64,000 bases of DNA. Source: a virus. The notes below the pieces were generated by a model. The model saw nothing but the letters and a program-made list of their open reading frames with translations, was not told where the DNA came from and ran no database searches. Positions 1 to 10,227 of this stretch are shown piece by piece. How positions within the stretch are numbered: the stretch's first letter is position 1; the number at the start of each line of letters is the position of its first letter. The stretch covers positions 35,960 to 99,959 of IMG/VR virus record IMGVR_UViG_3300023502_000001. One strand, 5' to 3'. A program made the position numbers and the translations under genes.

Positions 1-265
1 ACTATGCCCAACAATGTTATACGACCCGGATTCTTAGTATCAGAATTGTATAGCATTTGTTCACAATGGTTATAAAACCGTCTCAATTGGTCATAATCAG
101 CGTCTACTAGTTTTACCTCTTCCTGGACCCCGTTTACTTTAGGACCTTTCCATACGTAACTATTGATGTCGTTTGCTTTATCATTTAAAGCTTCTTTCAG
201 CTTATCTCCTAATACAGTCATAAATTATTCTTTAATAATATTCCATAATTCATCTTATTTTAATG

Positions 266-589
266 TTAATCTAATAATATTTGCCCATTTTCAATCAACG
301 GCTTTTCGTGAATAAACTTCAGGAAAATTATATTCGTTTCTTTATATGGAACAAAATCTTTACCATCGTACCACTTATCGATGCCTTCTTCTACATACCT
401 CACAGTAACGTATCCGACATCTCCTAATTCCATAGAACACTGATTCCAGTTTGGGAACCTTACACACATTATATCTTTATAATCCAGATTATCATATTCA
501 AATCTTTCAAAAACATAACTAGCATAGCCCATCCCGTCCTCATTTTTAGCAACAAATTTTACATGGTAAGTTACTTCTTTGGTTTCCAC
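266..589 (-). CDS. hypothetical protein
   Basis: 107-aa ORF in track within co-oriented minus-strand gene block. Confidence 0.5.
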   Translation of the reverse strand: METKEVTYHVKFVAKNEDGMGYASYVFERFEYDNLDYKDIMCVRFPNWNQCSMELGDVGYVTVRYVEEGIDKWYDGKDFVPYKETNIIFLKFIHEKPLIENGQILLD

Positions 590-743
590 ACATCGAATGT
601 ATTAATATCCTCAAACATCTTGCAACCGTAGGATGCAAAATCTCCTTGGAGCTTATCCATATTCTGGAGACATGGATAATTCTTACACCTAGTACAACTG
701 CGTTCAGGATGTTTATAGTGAAAACCATCTTTGTCCTTAAACA

Positions 744-1118
744 TTATTTCAGTAATAGGCATAACAATATTAATACACATGAACCAGCAGCTCCGTATTT
801 TATAACGTTCTGCTTTCTCTTTAAAGACTTATTAAGACCTTCAATAGATCTATTTTTATCTTCGATTATGTTTCCATAATATAGTAACTGAACTCTGCGA
901 ACAGAATCCGTTCTTTCCCAACTCTTATTTATTAGTTCCAGATTAGTTATTTTGGTTTTCAATAACGGAACAGTCTCAGAAAGTTTCTGATGTTCAGCGA
1001 ATATTAGGTTCGCTGTCTTTAGCTGTTCTCCCGTTATTGTAACGGTCGATGTATTCTGAGAAGAAGCACAAATTGACGCTATCAGAACTAGACATAATAG
1101 TAGATACTTTCTCATCAT
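744..1118 (-). CDS. secreted hypothetical protein
   Basis: 124-aa ORF; hydrophobic N-terminal signal-like segment MMRKYLLLCLVLIASICASSQ. Confidence 0.55.
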   Translation of the reverse strand: MMRKYLLLCLVLIASICASSQNTSTVTITGEQLKTANLIFAEHQKLSETVPLLKTKITNLELINKSWERTDSVRRVQLLYYGNIIEDKNRSIEGLNKSLKRKQNVIKYGAAGSCVLILLCLLLK

Positions 1119-1303
1119 ACTTCTTGTCTATATATTCAATCTTCTTCACAATGGAATCATTAACTATAAAGATACTATCTCTAATAATAGAATCTCGTAC
1201 AATTTCTTGCACGTCTACTATAGGTAAGTCAATGTGGCTCTTCCTAGAAGATAGTAAGTATATAATTAATAATCCCATTAGTATGATTGTAATATAACAG
1301 AGC

Positions 1304-1891
1304 TTAACCTTGTTCATTTAACTCAATGCCCATCGCCTTAGCCTTCTCTACAAGCTCGACGCATTTAGCAACATCTACGCTTCCGCTTTTAGCAGCATTG
1401 AATATTTCTTTTTCAGAACCGTTCAAATCCTCTATTTCTTTCTTGACTGCTTCTTTTTTATCAAAGCGGGCTTTCATCTGGTTATATCCTTTGATGATTC
1501 GTTCAGGGTTTTCTTTAATAAACCCTATTTCTTGTTTCAAGAATGCCTTAACCAGAGTCTTGTTAATTACACCTCTAGACTTAGTGTAGATAGTAGGACA
1601 CTTAGGATCATGTAAAGCCTTATTATAGGCGTTAGCTTTTCCTCTCTCCTTATCAAACTCGTCAGTTGGGTGACATACACTGATACCTACAGATACTACT
1701 CTGCAAACTTCTGCATAGTCCGGATCGTCTACACAAATATAGCCGTCTTCACTTGCCCATCCAACTGAAAGTTTGTAGTCATCTTCACTTTCTTCTGGAG
1801 ACTGACTCAAAGCACACGCTACAATCTTATGTTCCTTACCCTTGAAATCTACAAATGAGTCAATCATGTACTCAATCACATCCTGTTTCAT
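1304..1891 (-). CDS. hypothetical protein
   Basis: 195-aa ORF in track. Confidence 0.6.
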   Translation of the reverse strand: MKQDVIEYMIDSFVDFKGKEHKIVACALSQSPEESEDDYKLSVGWASEDGYICVDDPDYAEVCRVVSVGISVCHPTDEFDKERGKANAYNKALHDPKCPTIYTKSRGVINKTLVKAFLKQEIGFIKENPERIIKGYNQMKARFDKKEAVKKEIEDLNGSEKEIFNAAKSGSVDVAKCVELVEKAKAMGIELNEQG

Positions 1892-2121
1892 TTTCTACAA
1901 TTTTAAAACCGTTATTAATTAGATATTCTTCTGGAGCAAACTGTAATTCAAAGAACCTTCTTAGTGAATAATTCTTTTTCTTTACAGAAAGATTTTTCTT
2001 TTTTATAGTAATCGGTTTACTAGAAGAAAAGTATTTCTCCTCCATTAGAGCCGCTCCCCAACTCCAAATTTGATAAATCGAACTACAATAGATAAACTTA
2101 TCATGTGTATATACAATTTGC

Positions 2122-2595
2122 TTATCCTTCTCGTAAGTCTTCCGTAAGGTCATTGTAAAACACTTTAATAGTTTTGAAAATAAATGAATTTTTTCTTGAA
2201 TTATAGCAATCGTTCCAGCTTCTACTCTGATAATGAGTTAAAAGTTCAGAGGCTTTTACTCCTGTATAAACATTTTTGCAGAAGCTACTATCGTCCTCAC
2301 AGTCACAAGAGTTTATTGTATACTCTCCTATACCTATGGCATAATGCCAATGACTACCTATTATTTCGCTAAATTTACCTCCAAGAAAATAATCTTCATA
2401 GATTATAACTTTGAATTTAAATTTATCTCTACTAAGTAGCCTAGCTAAACAATATGCTATATAACAACAGCCTCCAGCATTAATGTCATACTCCTCATCC
2501 AGAAACTTACAAAGCTTATTAAGCCTTTCCGCTAGAATCTCCTGCACTTCCGGTGATTTCGAGTTTAATCTCTTCTTTTGCCTTTTTAAACTCAT
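2122..2595 (-). CDS. hypothetical protein (possible Cys/His peptidase-like)
   Basis: 157-aa ORF; conserved-looking Cys and His clusters (GGCCYIAYC ... HWHYAIG). Confidence 0.5.
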   Translation of the reverse strand: MSLKRQKKRLNSKSPEVQEILAERLNKLCKFLDEEYDINAGGCCYIAYCLARLLSRDKFKFKVIIYEDYFLGGKFSEIIGSHWHYAIGIGEYTINSCDCEDDSSFCKNVYTGVKASELLTHYQSRSWNDCYNSRKNSFIFKTIKVFYNDLTEDLREG

Positions 2596-2818
2596 CTAAG
2601 TACTGACCTAAAGTTATAATTTCATCTTTTCCGAATTTCTTTCTAGTTGCGTAGTTTATACAACGTTCTACAGCAGCCTCTAGTGAATAGCCATAGCCTT
2701 CCACTTTAAATTCTTTTCTCGGATTTTTCCCTCCAATATCATATAGCAGCTCCAAGTCGAAACGAGGAGAAGCATCATTGATAGGGGTTAGCCTATAAAA
2801 GGAGCCTTCAATTATCAT
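2519..2818 (-). CDS. hypothetical protein
   Basis: 99-aa ORF overlapping neighbours in operon-like arrangement. Confidence 0.45.
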   Translation of the reverse strand: MIIEGSFYRLTPINDASPRFDLELLYDIGGKNPRKEFKVEGYGYSLEAAVERCINYATRKKFGKDEIITLGQYLDEFKKAKEEIKLEITGSAGDSSGKA

Positions 2819-3185
2819 TTTCTATTTCTTTAATAAGATTTTCGATGAAGTCTGCTCTGTTCTGTATAGCTTCATATAGTTCATCTAGACTTTCAGCAAT
2901 ATAGATAGCACAATAAGTATATTGGTTTATACACGGGACACTAAACTTATTTACATTATCCTTGTTCCAAGAATATAAACACCCAGTGCAATCTGGGTCT
3001 CCAGCCTCATAACCGCATTCGTTGCATAAACAGCAATTTCTAAGACTCCCAAATCCAGTTATCCTAGATAACGCCTCATGCCAGTAATCATCGTCCTCAT
3101 GCGCATTGCTTTCAAGTTCCTCTCTTGTAATACTTCTATACTTTTTTACAAGACGTCTTGCAGCGTCTAAATTCTTTATTTGCAT
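2808..3185 (-). CDS. Cys-rich zinc-finger-like protein
   Basis: 125-aa ORF; CCLCNECGYEAGDPDCTGC cluster. Confidence 0.5.
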   Translation of the reverse strand: MQIKNLDAARRLVKKYRSITREELESNAHEDDDYWHEALSRITGFGSLRNCCLCNECGYEAGDPDCTGCLYSWNKDNVNKFSVPCINQYTYCAIYIAESLDELYEAIQNRADFIENLIKEIENDN

Positions 3186-3988
3186 ACATCTATTACTGTT
3201 AAGTTATTATTACTAGGCTGATATTCATAATCACAGTATGAATTAGTTATCGTAACATGGTCAAAATTGTTACACAACTTTTTCAAGCCTTCTATATTTA
3301 CAGCATGGCAAACTATAATCTCGAATCTATAGTTAGGATACTTTTCTTTAAGAACTTTAAGTTCTCCAAGGAATGTTCCTCCAGCATCGCACAAATCATC
3401 AATGAATACAAACGTAGAATAGTAACAATTTACATTTCTACCTATAGAGAATTCCTTGATTTTTCCAGTTTCTAAGTCTCTTGTCTTATTGAACACTAAA
3501 TGTCCCCATACCTTAGAGTACTCCCTGTATCTCTGATACGCTCCAGCATCAGGGAATACAACATTAGATTGTTGTGGTATATAGCTTCCATAATTCAATT
3601 CTTGACACCAACATCTAGAACCTAGAAGATTCTTTGCTCTGTTAGAGTGAGCCTCTAAAATACAGACTGAACGATAGTTCATTCCATTTAAGATATTGCA
3701 CACAATTTTCAGAGAAAATGGACGGTTAAAATCCATTACCCTATCCATACGCATAGACATTAGATAGGTAATAAATAAGTCCCACTCAATTTCTTGTCTG
3801 TCTAGAATATCGCCAACTTGAGCTAACAGAAACAATTCTTCGGCAGAAGTAATTCTACACATAACCTTTACCGAATCTTTCCTATCAAATTCGTCTGGAA
3901 AACTTATTTGAGGCTCTCCGTCAGGGAATGTAGTGAGGTCATACTTAATCTCACTTTCATCCCAATTAATTAAGTTTAATAATTTCAT
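3176..3988 (-). CDS. PRPP-synthetase-like pyrophosphokinase (Adps-like of NAD+ reconstitution pathway)
   Basis: 270 aa; Prs-like motifs FPDGE, VFPDAGAYQR and PRPP-binding loop FVFIDDLCDAGGTF; overlaps and is co-oriented with the NAMPT-like gene. Confidence 0.7.
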   Translation of the reverse strand: MKLLNLINWDESEIKYDLTTFPDGEPQISFPDEFDRKDSVKVMCRITSAEELFLLAQVGDILDRQEIEWDLFITYLMSMRMDRVMDFNRPFSLKIVCNILNGMNYRSVCILEAHSNRAKNLLGSRCWCQELNYGSYIPQQSNVVFPDAGAYQRYREYSKVWGHLVFNKTRDLETGKIKEFSIGRNVNCYYSTFVFIDDLCDAGGTFLGELKVLKEKYPNYRFEIIVCHAVNIEGLKKLCNNFDHVTITNSYCDYEYQPSNNNLTVIDVCK

Positions 3989-4457
3989 CTACGACATATT
4001 TTAAGATTTCATAACTTTCTTCTAAGCCCGCCCTATCGTCTAGTAGAATATTGTAATAAGGCTTTCTAGAGTTCGGAAATAGTCTACTGCTTGTAAAAGG
4101 AGGTATAATCATATCATTAATAAGATTTCCTATCCCCATTTGGACACACTCTACTTGTTTCTCTATAATTTTATTTTCGTTTTCCTCTGTAGAAAGTAAA
4201 ATCATTTCAAAACCTAACATAGTACAACGTCTCAGTAGATTAATAACACAACTATAATCTCCTCCAGTATTATGATAGTCGAAGATAGTGTTATCAAAGT
4301 CGAAAGCGACTATTAGCTTTCCGTATTTCTTATACTCTTCTAATAGTCGCTTCTTACAAGCCTCTTTTCCAAATGGATGGTTAAAACTTTCCATGTAATC
4401 CATTATTAATTCTTTGCCTGATATCCTGTAGAGAATACTCCTTTTTAAGGATACCAT
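3966..4457 (-). CDS. HAD-superfamily phosphatase
   Basis: 163 aa; HAD motif I IVAFDFDNTIF (DxDxT). Confidence 0.65.
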   Translation of the reverse strand: MVSLKRSILYRISGKELIMDYMESFNHPFGKEACKKRLLEEYKKYGKLIVAFDFDNTIFDYHNTGGDYSCVINLLRRCTMLGFEMILLSTEENENKIIEKQVECVQMGIGNLINDMIIPPFTSSRLFPNSRKPYYNILLDDRAGLEESYEILKYVVDEIIKLN

Positions 4458-5943
4458 CTTCGAACACAGCCTCTAAACAGCCTCCCTCTTCTACTTCAGG
4501 ACTTACTTGGTCTTCCGCGTAGTAGACACCGTTGACATCCTGATAAACGGCAATTAACCCTTTCAAAGAGTTCTTAGTCCCATCATCAGTTTTCGGATGT
4601 TTAAAGATTTCCTTCAATTCTCCATTGATTACACAAGCAGTAGCCTTAACTGCAAAGCCTAGACTATCTCTACTTGCATACTGATATGAGAATGAACCAA
4701 CACCAAGAACAAGATTACAAGCTGCCATATGAGCATTTTCAAGTCTCATGTAGATTTGTTTCTGACGCTCTAAAGTAATAGAATCGCCATATAACAAGCC
4801 TATCTTAGTACTCGGATAACGATAGTCCTTGGAAGTAGTATTCCAGCCGAATATCTTACCAAGCATATAGTATGCTCCGTAATATTGACCTTCTGATACT
4901 TCTACGTATTCTGCATCGTCATTAAACGGAGCATAACAGCAGTAGTATTTACCTTCCTTTATTCTTGTATTGAAATGAGGATTAGTTCTCAAACCACAAA
5001 TAATATCTACCGGGTCTCCACTATCGGGACGAATAACTACACGACCGTCACGAGCCATAATGTCTTTCTTCAACTTAGGAAGGAAGTTTTCAACAACATT
5101 CCAGAAATCCCAAGTATCGGACACTATAGAAACAAACCCAGTAGGATATAACTCATTAATAAGACGTTTATATGTTCCTAACTCGTCCTCTTCTCCTCCT
5201 GCACACATTACCGAATGTTCAGTAGCCGGAACAGTAGCAGCAATTAATTCACTATCCGAATTAGCTCCATAATACTCTTCAAGAGCTGCAATAGCAGGAA
5301 TAGTTTCACTTCCTACAAATGAAGTCATATGAGCCATACCAGAAATAACAGATGCTTCCAAACCAGCCATTCCTCTCATAGAGAAGTCATGACACAAGAA
5401 ATCCAGGTTTACATCCTCCGGAAATCCAGTGTGTACTGAGTGTCTTTTGAGTTCTTTCTTATAGAGTCTTGCTCTAGTGGCAGAGGTACAAGGCATCCAC
5501 AAAGTACAACTAATCAAAGTCTCTAGATAATTAGTTAACCAAAAGAACTCTGGTTTCGTATTAGTAATAGTCATCATAGGAACTCTAATAGGACATACTG
5601 AACCTTCTGGCAACGCTTTAATACGAATAGGGAGATATCCTAAATCATACAAAGCCTCAATATGTCTATATCCCACGGACTCAATTCCAACGAAGTTGTG
5701 GACTCTCCGATAAAACATTTCTATAGCTTTCTCTTTAGGCAATACAAAGAAATTCTTATTAAATTCGTCGATCAAATACTTTTTAATTAAATATTGGATT
5801 CCGAATACTACAGAACCTTCGGTAGCTTCTGGAAAGTACTTGTTACTTCTCGGAGTCCAGTTACTATAAACTTGTTCAGTACCTTCTGGGTACATCCTGT
5901 GATGGCCTAATTTGTAACCATCTGTTGCATTAATTATTTCCAT
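4381..5943 (-). CDS. nicotinamide phosphoribosyltransferase family protein (NadV/Namat-like)
   Basis: 520 aa; N-terminal ATDGYKLGHH resembles the NAMPT DSYK motif region; size matches NAMPT. Confidence 0.75.
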   Translation of the reverse strand: MEIINATDGYKLGHHRMYPEGTEQVYSNWTPRSNKYFPEATEGSVVFGIQYLIKKYLIDEFNKNFFVLPKEKAIEMFYRRVHNFVGIESVGYRHIEALYDLGYLPIRIKALPEGSVCPIRVPMMTITNTKPEFFWLTNYLETLISCTLWMPCTSATRARLYKKELKRHSVHTGFPEDVNLDFLCHDFSMRGMAGLEASVISGMAHMTSFVGSETIPAIAALEEYYGANSDSELIAATVPATEHSVMCAGGEEDELGTYKRLINELYPTGFVSIVSDTWDFWNVVENFLPKLKKDIMARDGRVVIRPDSGDPVDIICGLRTNPHFNTRIKEGKYYCCYAPFNDDAEYVEVSEGQYYGAYYMLGKIFGWNTTSKDYRYPSTKIGLLYGDSITLERQKQIYMRLENAHMAACNLVLGVGSFSYQYASRDSLGFAVKATACVINGELKEIFKHPKTDDGTKNSLKGLIAVYQDVNGVYYAEDQVSPEVEEGGCLEAVFEDGILKKEYSLQDIRQRINNGLHGKF

Positions 5944-5956
5944 TCTAAAAATTATT

Positions 5957-6463
5957 TTAATAACTGATTGTTAATAAACTCTTCATGTTTTTACCGACAG
6001 CTAAGTTCTTAAAACATTGAGTAATAAACTCTTTTGTCTCTGGATGAATCGCTCTAGGAGCGCTAATATATTTAATCCACCAGTTGTACTCTCCTTGGAA
6101 ACTATTTCCATTATATACCTTACCAGCGGCTAAATAATCACACACTAACTCTAATGCATATTCTCTAGGGATTTTCACTGGGACTCCACCAGAATCTAAT
6201 TGAGTTACCCAATATTCATAATGATGTGGATTTCTTCCTCTATGATGTAAATAGGACCTAGAATAGCCCAGAATTTCTTTCTCCTTATTTAATGGAGATG
6301 TGTTATCATCGTAAAATTTAACAGAGCGAGAAAATTCATACCATCCGAACTTAGATAAATCGTGCAAAATGCCCTGCCTGTATAGTCCTAATTGGAAGCA
6401 ATAGTATGCAACCCAGAACTTATGCCTTAGTATCCTTCTTAAATGCTTTAATATCCGAATCAT
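5957..6463 (-). CDS. hypothetical protein
   Basis: 168-aa ORF. Confidence 0.55.
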   Translation of the reverse strand: MIRILKHLRRILRHKFWVAYYCFQLGLYRQGILHDLSKFGWYEFSRSVKFYDDNTSPLNKEKEILGYSRSYLHHRGRNPHHYEYWVTQLDSGGVPVKIPREYALELVCDYLAAGKVYNGNSFQGEYNWWIKYISAPRAIHPETKEFITQCFKNLAVGKNMKSLLTISY

Positions 6464-6752
6464 ATAACGAATCTCCTAGGAAGTTAAGAATAGGGACATC
6501 TACTGTATAGTCTTCATTGTACACTGCAAATGCGTATACTACCCACGATGCTAGTGAGGCACCTAAACCAAGCGGAGGGATAATCAAACTAGCTACAACA
6601 ATAATAATAGTCCATCTAGGGATTTTTATTCTTGTAGCTTTAGAAGTTAACCAATTTACCTGGTAGGTGTAGTACAGACAGTAATATAGAAGTGCATAAA
6701 GTATAAGCCCTATGCCGTCGCATATTAAATACACAAATTTAAGATCTTCCAT
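6420..6752 (-). CDS. small membrane protein
   Basis: 110 aa with multiple hydrophobic helices. Confidence 0.5.
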   Translation of the reverse strand: MEDLKFVYLICDGIGLILYALLYYCLYYTYQVNWLTSKATRIKIPRWTIIIVVASLIIPPLGLGASLASWVVYAFAVYNEDYTVDVPILNFLGDSLYDSDIKAFKKDTKA

Positions 6753-7072
6753 ATCTTCTTTATAATTTTAGTCAGAACATTTCTACCTCTTAACGTATAC
6801 TTGTGAGTATATCCGTCATTTCTGTTAGGATTCCACAAAGCATGGATTGCATAGTATATATAACCTACCATATATAGTACTATATTTAAGACAGGAACAA
6901 ATCCCAGAACTATGATTAGTAATACTGCCCAGATTGGAACTTTAATGTCATACTCTTCGTCTATGTTAGCATAGTTGCTACTATACCCAGTCCAATAAAC
7001 CGTAACATGAGTATCTTTTAAGATAAGCACCGTGACGATTATCATCACAGTGCATATTATTAAGTACATCAT
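6725..7072 (-). CDS. membrane protein
   Basis: 115 aa, predicted TM helices. Confidence 0.5.
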   Translation of the reverse strand: MMYLIICTVMIIVTVLILKDTHVTVYWTGYSSNYANIDEEYDIKVPIWAVLLIIVLGFVPVLNIVLYMVGYIYYAIHALWNPNRNDGYTHKYTLRGRNVLTKIIKKIWKILNLCI

Positions 7073-7074
7073 AG

Positions 7075-7899
7075 TTATTTCCCAGCTACATCCTTAAATA
7101 AGGTAGGAACAGTACCATAAGTAGGCAGTTTTCCATCCCACTTCTCCACAAAATTCTGTTGTACAATCAATGCAGATAAGGAAGCTGCAATCTTTCTGTT
7201 ATACTCAGCTTCTGCGTCTCCCTTAATTTTCAGAGCCTGAGCTGCTCCCTCTGCTTGGGCTACAGCCTTTTTAGCATTAGCTTCTACAGATTTAACCTCA
7301 TTTTCTATCTTAAGAGCATCCTGCACCGCTTTATTTTTAGCATCAATAGCATCTACTAGTGTCTTAGGATATTGAAGACCAGAAGTTAGCTGCTCAAGTT
7401 GGAAGTTTTCGGCAAGTAATTCTTTGCTTAATCTATCTTCTATAGATTTCTCAAACTCTTCTCTTTTGCTAACTAATTCATCAGTAGTATAATTATTAAG
7501 TTGTATACGGAATGCGTTTTTAACATAGTTATATAATGTAGTATTTACGACATCAAGTATATTGTCTTTTCTGTATTTCTTAAATACCTCAGGTGACTTT
7601 CCATCAACTATCTTAAGAGATATAGTAGGGTCAACAGTAAATGACGAACCATCCTTAGCGTTAATAGAAAAAGCCTCATAGTCCACAGTAAGCACATAGG
7701 TTGGGTATTCATATACAGCTGTGGTAATTGGATTATACCAAACAGCCCCCGTGACCAATGAGATGTCATCTACTCCTTTACCATCACCGTAAAGATTTAC
7801 CTTGATTCCTTCATGTCCAGCGTCTACCCGCTCGTAGCCGCAACTTGACAAACCAAATACTAGAGTTAATACACACAGAAACTTAATTATTGTCTTCAT
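7075..7899 (-). CDS. SPFH/band-7 family lipoprotein
   Basis: 274 aa; lipoprotein signal ...LVFGLSSCG; C-terminal Ala/Glu/Lys-rich helix typical of prohibitin/stomatin-like proteins. Confidence 0.6.
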   Translation of the reverse strand: MKTIIKFLCVLTLVFGLSSCGYERVDAGHEGIKVNLYGDGKGVDDISLVTGAVWYNPITTAVYEYPTYVLTVDYEAFSINAKDGSSFTVDPTISLKIVDGKSPEVFKKYRKDNILDVVNTTLYNYVKNAFRIQLNNYTTDELVSKREEFEKSIEDRLSKELLAENFQLEQLTSGLQYPKTLVDAIDAKNKAVQDALKIENEVKSVEANAKKAVAQAEGAAQALKIKGDAEAEYNRKIAASLSALIVQQNFVEKWDGKLPTYGTVPTLFKDVAGK

Positions 7900-8095
7900 C
7901 TTTTTTATTTTTAAAATGTTTTTTGAAATGTTTAATAGTCCTATAGACTAGACTAGGAATTGCTATAAATAATAACAATAGTCCTCCAAGGTTTGCAACC
8001 CATAGGGACTGAGATAATAACCACAGTCCCATATTATAGGCTACAAAAACTAATACTATGGCAATAAATGCCTTAATTAGGTTTTTCTCGACCAT
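7883..8095 (-). CDS. small membrane protein
   Basis: 70 aa, two hydrophobic helices. Confidence 0.45.
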   Translation of the reverse strand: MVEKNLIKAFIAIVLVFVAYNMGLWLLSQSLWVANLGGLLLLFIAIPSLVYRTIKHFKKHFKNKKDEDNN

Positions 8096-8336
8096 AAAAT
8101 AATATATTCTCTATTGCTTTTCTTATTATACCACAGTAGTACACTATCCTCCGCAATATCTACATAAGGATCATAGTAGATATATGCAATGAATAGTAAG
8201 CATATAATTATAAACGCAATCATAAATCACCGAGTTTTTACAGAACCTGGTCTAGTGGTAGCAGCTTGAAAATCCTTCCCTTGCTTATCCCACCATGCTT
8301 GCTTTGATTTCAACCAAGCTACTCTTTTCTTGTACT

Positions 8337-9353
8337 TCATTGCTCAGAAACTATTACAATTCTGTTAAATTCATTATCTCCAAAATCAGTAGTAACTCCA
8401 CACCCCTTTACTGTAAGTTTGTCCTCTGGAGCACCATAGTTAACCAGAGCCTTCTTCATAGATTCCGCTCTAGCATTAGCTAATTTGTTGTTGAAGTCGA
8501 TAGGTCCCTCTTCAGAAGCATATCCCTCTATAACATATGACTTACCACTATTTGCTATGTAAGCTGCTAATTCAGACACAGCAACATTAGAAGTAGCGGA
8601 TATTTCAGAGGAGTTTTGTAAGAATTGGATTTTAGGAGTAAGTAATTCTACCTTAGTAATTTCTATGGTATCTACCTTAACTACCTCAACAGGTTTGCGA
8701 GCCATAAGTTCATTATTCTTCTCTCTCAATTCATTAATAGACGCATTTAAGCTTTCTATTTCCGAATCGTTATAAAGTTTCATAACTGGGAAATTCCCTT
8801 TGCTCGACTTAAATCTGTAAGTAGCTCCTACATAAACATTGACTTCTTGGTTTAATGGAGTAGTTTTAGGAAGTAGCATATATTCTGGGGTTATATTTAA
8901 CGCCCACGTATCAGTAATGTTGAAATTACATCTTACTGCACCACGCGCAGATACATTGTTATAGACGTACCCATAGGTATGATACCAACCGGCTCCTATA
9001 ATCAATACGGGTTCAAACAGACGTCTATTACCTTCATAGCCACATACCAGATTACTAAGATTGGTAGTAACATTAGCCGTAAGGTTGTGTGAATCAAAGA
9101 ATGTCTTATTTCCCTGATTCATACCCGCTACCATGTCTAATTCTAGGCCAAAGATGGGTGTAATTTCTTTACCTACAGCAATATTCACCAGAATATCATT
9201 AGGTTCAGTCCAACTTCTCTGATTGTCCCAGACTGTAGTTCCAACATTACCGGAAATATACCAATTGTCTTTCAAACTTCCGGTTTCTACAACTTGCGCA
9301 CTTGCAAACGCACACATTAAACACAAACAAATAATACTAAAAATTTTCTTCAT
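8337..9353 (-). CDS. OmpA-family outer-membrane protein
   Basis: 338 aa; signal peptide MKKIFSIICLCLMCAFASAQ; C-terminal OmpA-like peptidoglycan-binding motif NNKLANARAESMKKAL...NRIVIV. Confidence 0.65.
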   Translation of the reverse strand: MKKIFSIICLCLMCAFASAQVVETGSLKDNWYISGNVGTTVWDNQRSWTEPNDILVNIAVGKEITPIFGLELDMVAGMNQGNKTFFDSHNLTANVTTNLSNLVCGYEGNRRLFEPVLIIGAGWYHTYGYVYNNVSARGAVRCNFNITDTWALNITPEYMLLPKTTPLNQEVNVYVGATYRFKSSKGNFPVMKLYNDSEIESLNASINELREKNNELMARKPVEVVKVDTIEITKVELLTPKIQFLQNSSEISATSNVAVSELAAYIANSGKSYVIEGYASEEGPIDFNNKLANARAESMKKALVNYGAPEDKLTVKGCGVTTDFGDNEFNRIVIVSEQ

Positions 9354-9371
9354 AATTACATTAATTAAAAT

Positions 9372-9806
9372 TTAATCCCACCAAGTTCTCATACGCTCAA
9401 ACTTAAGTTTGTTGTACAAGTACCAGGATTTTTCTCTTCTCAAAGAATCTTGGAGAATAGGTTCGCTCCAATCGAGATCAGCAGCTTTAGGACGGAATCG
9501 TTTCCAATTCTTAATGTTTATGTGCCTATCTACAAATCCTTTAGACCTAGGTCTGAAATCACAGTGGTAGGCAGAATCTATCTCTAACACAATGTCCAAG
9601 AGTCCTAGTGCTAGTTTTAGATCCCTTTCAACAAATTCATTACCTTCAGCAATTCTGGATACTTTGAAATATTCATACATCCTGATTAAGGCTTGCTTCT
9701 CTAGTGAGAGCACGAAACTATAATCAAACGGATAGAACTTCATAGCCTCTTTAATGAGCTTCTTGTTCTTACTCTTTCTTAGTTTCATATTCTTGACTTG
9801 CTTCAA
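9372..9806 (-). CDS. hypothetical protein
   Basis: 144-aa ORF. Confidence 0.55.
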   Translation of the reverse strand: MKQVKNMKLRKSKNKKLIKEAMKFYPFDYSFVLSLEKQALIRMYEYFKVSRIAEGNEFVERDLKLALGLLDIVLEIDSAYHCDFRPRSKGFVDRHINIKNWKRFRPKAADLDWSEPILQDSLRREKSWYLYNKLKFERMRTWWD

Positions 9807-10227
9807 CTGCTAATTTATCTGCGAGATTATTCATCTGAGAAAAGAAATCAGAATTGGAGGTATGTCCTTTTACCCAACAAAAGTTTATACTAGGACAGAA
9901 TTTTTCTGCCTTTTCTAAAACCTTGTCATACAAATTCCATAGTTCCACATTCTTTTTCCTTTTCCATCCTTTAGTAGCACATCCTATAACGTACTGAGAA
10001 TCTGAATAGATAGTAAGAGATTTAAGTTGACTGCTTACTGCATTAAGGGCATATATTACTGCTAACAACTCACATTTGTTATTAGTAGTATTAGGAATCA
10101 TTTTGCTAAATTCATAGACTTTTTCTCCATCAATTACAAATACGACTCCTACCCCTCCAGTGTTTCTAGACGAACTAAAAGCTCCATCAGTGAAGACTTC
10201 TAGAACCTTATTGGATTTCTCCATCAC
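9769..10227 (-). CDS. rnhA: ribonuclease H
   Basis: 152 aa; RNase HI motifs TDGAF, NNKCELLAVIYAL, YSDSQYV, KGHTSNSDFFSQMNNLADKLA. Confidence 0.75.
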   Translation of the reverse strand: MMEKSNKVLEVFTDGAFSSSRNTGGVGVVFVIDGEKVYEFSKMIPNTTNNKCELLAVIYALNAVSSQLKSLTIYSDSQYVIGCATKGWKRKKNVELWNLYDKVLEKAEKFCPSINFCWVKGHTSNSDFFSQMNNLADKLAVEASQEYETKKE

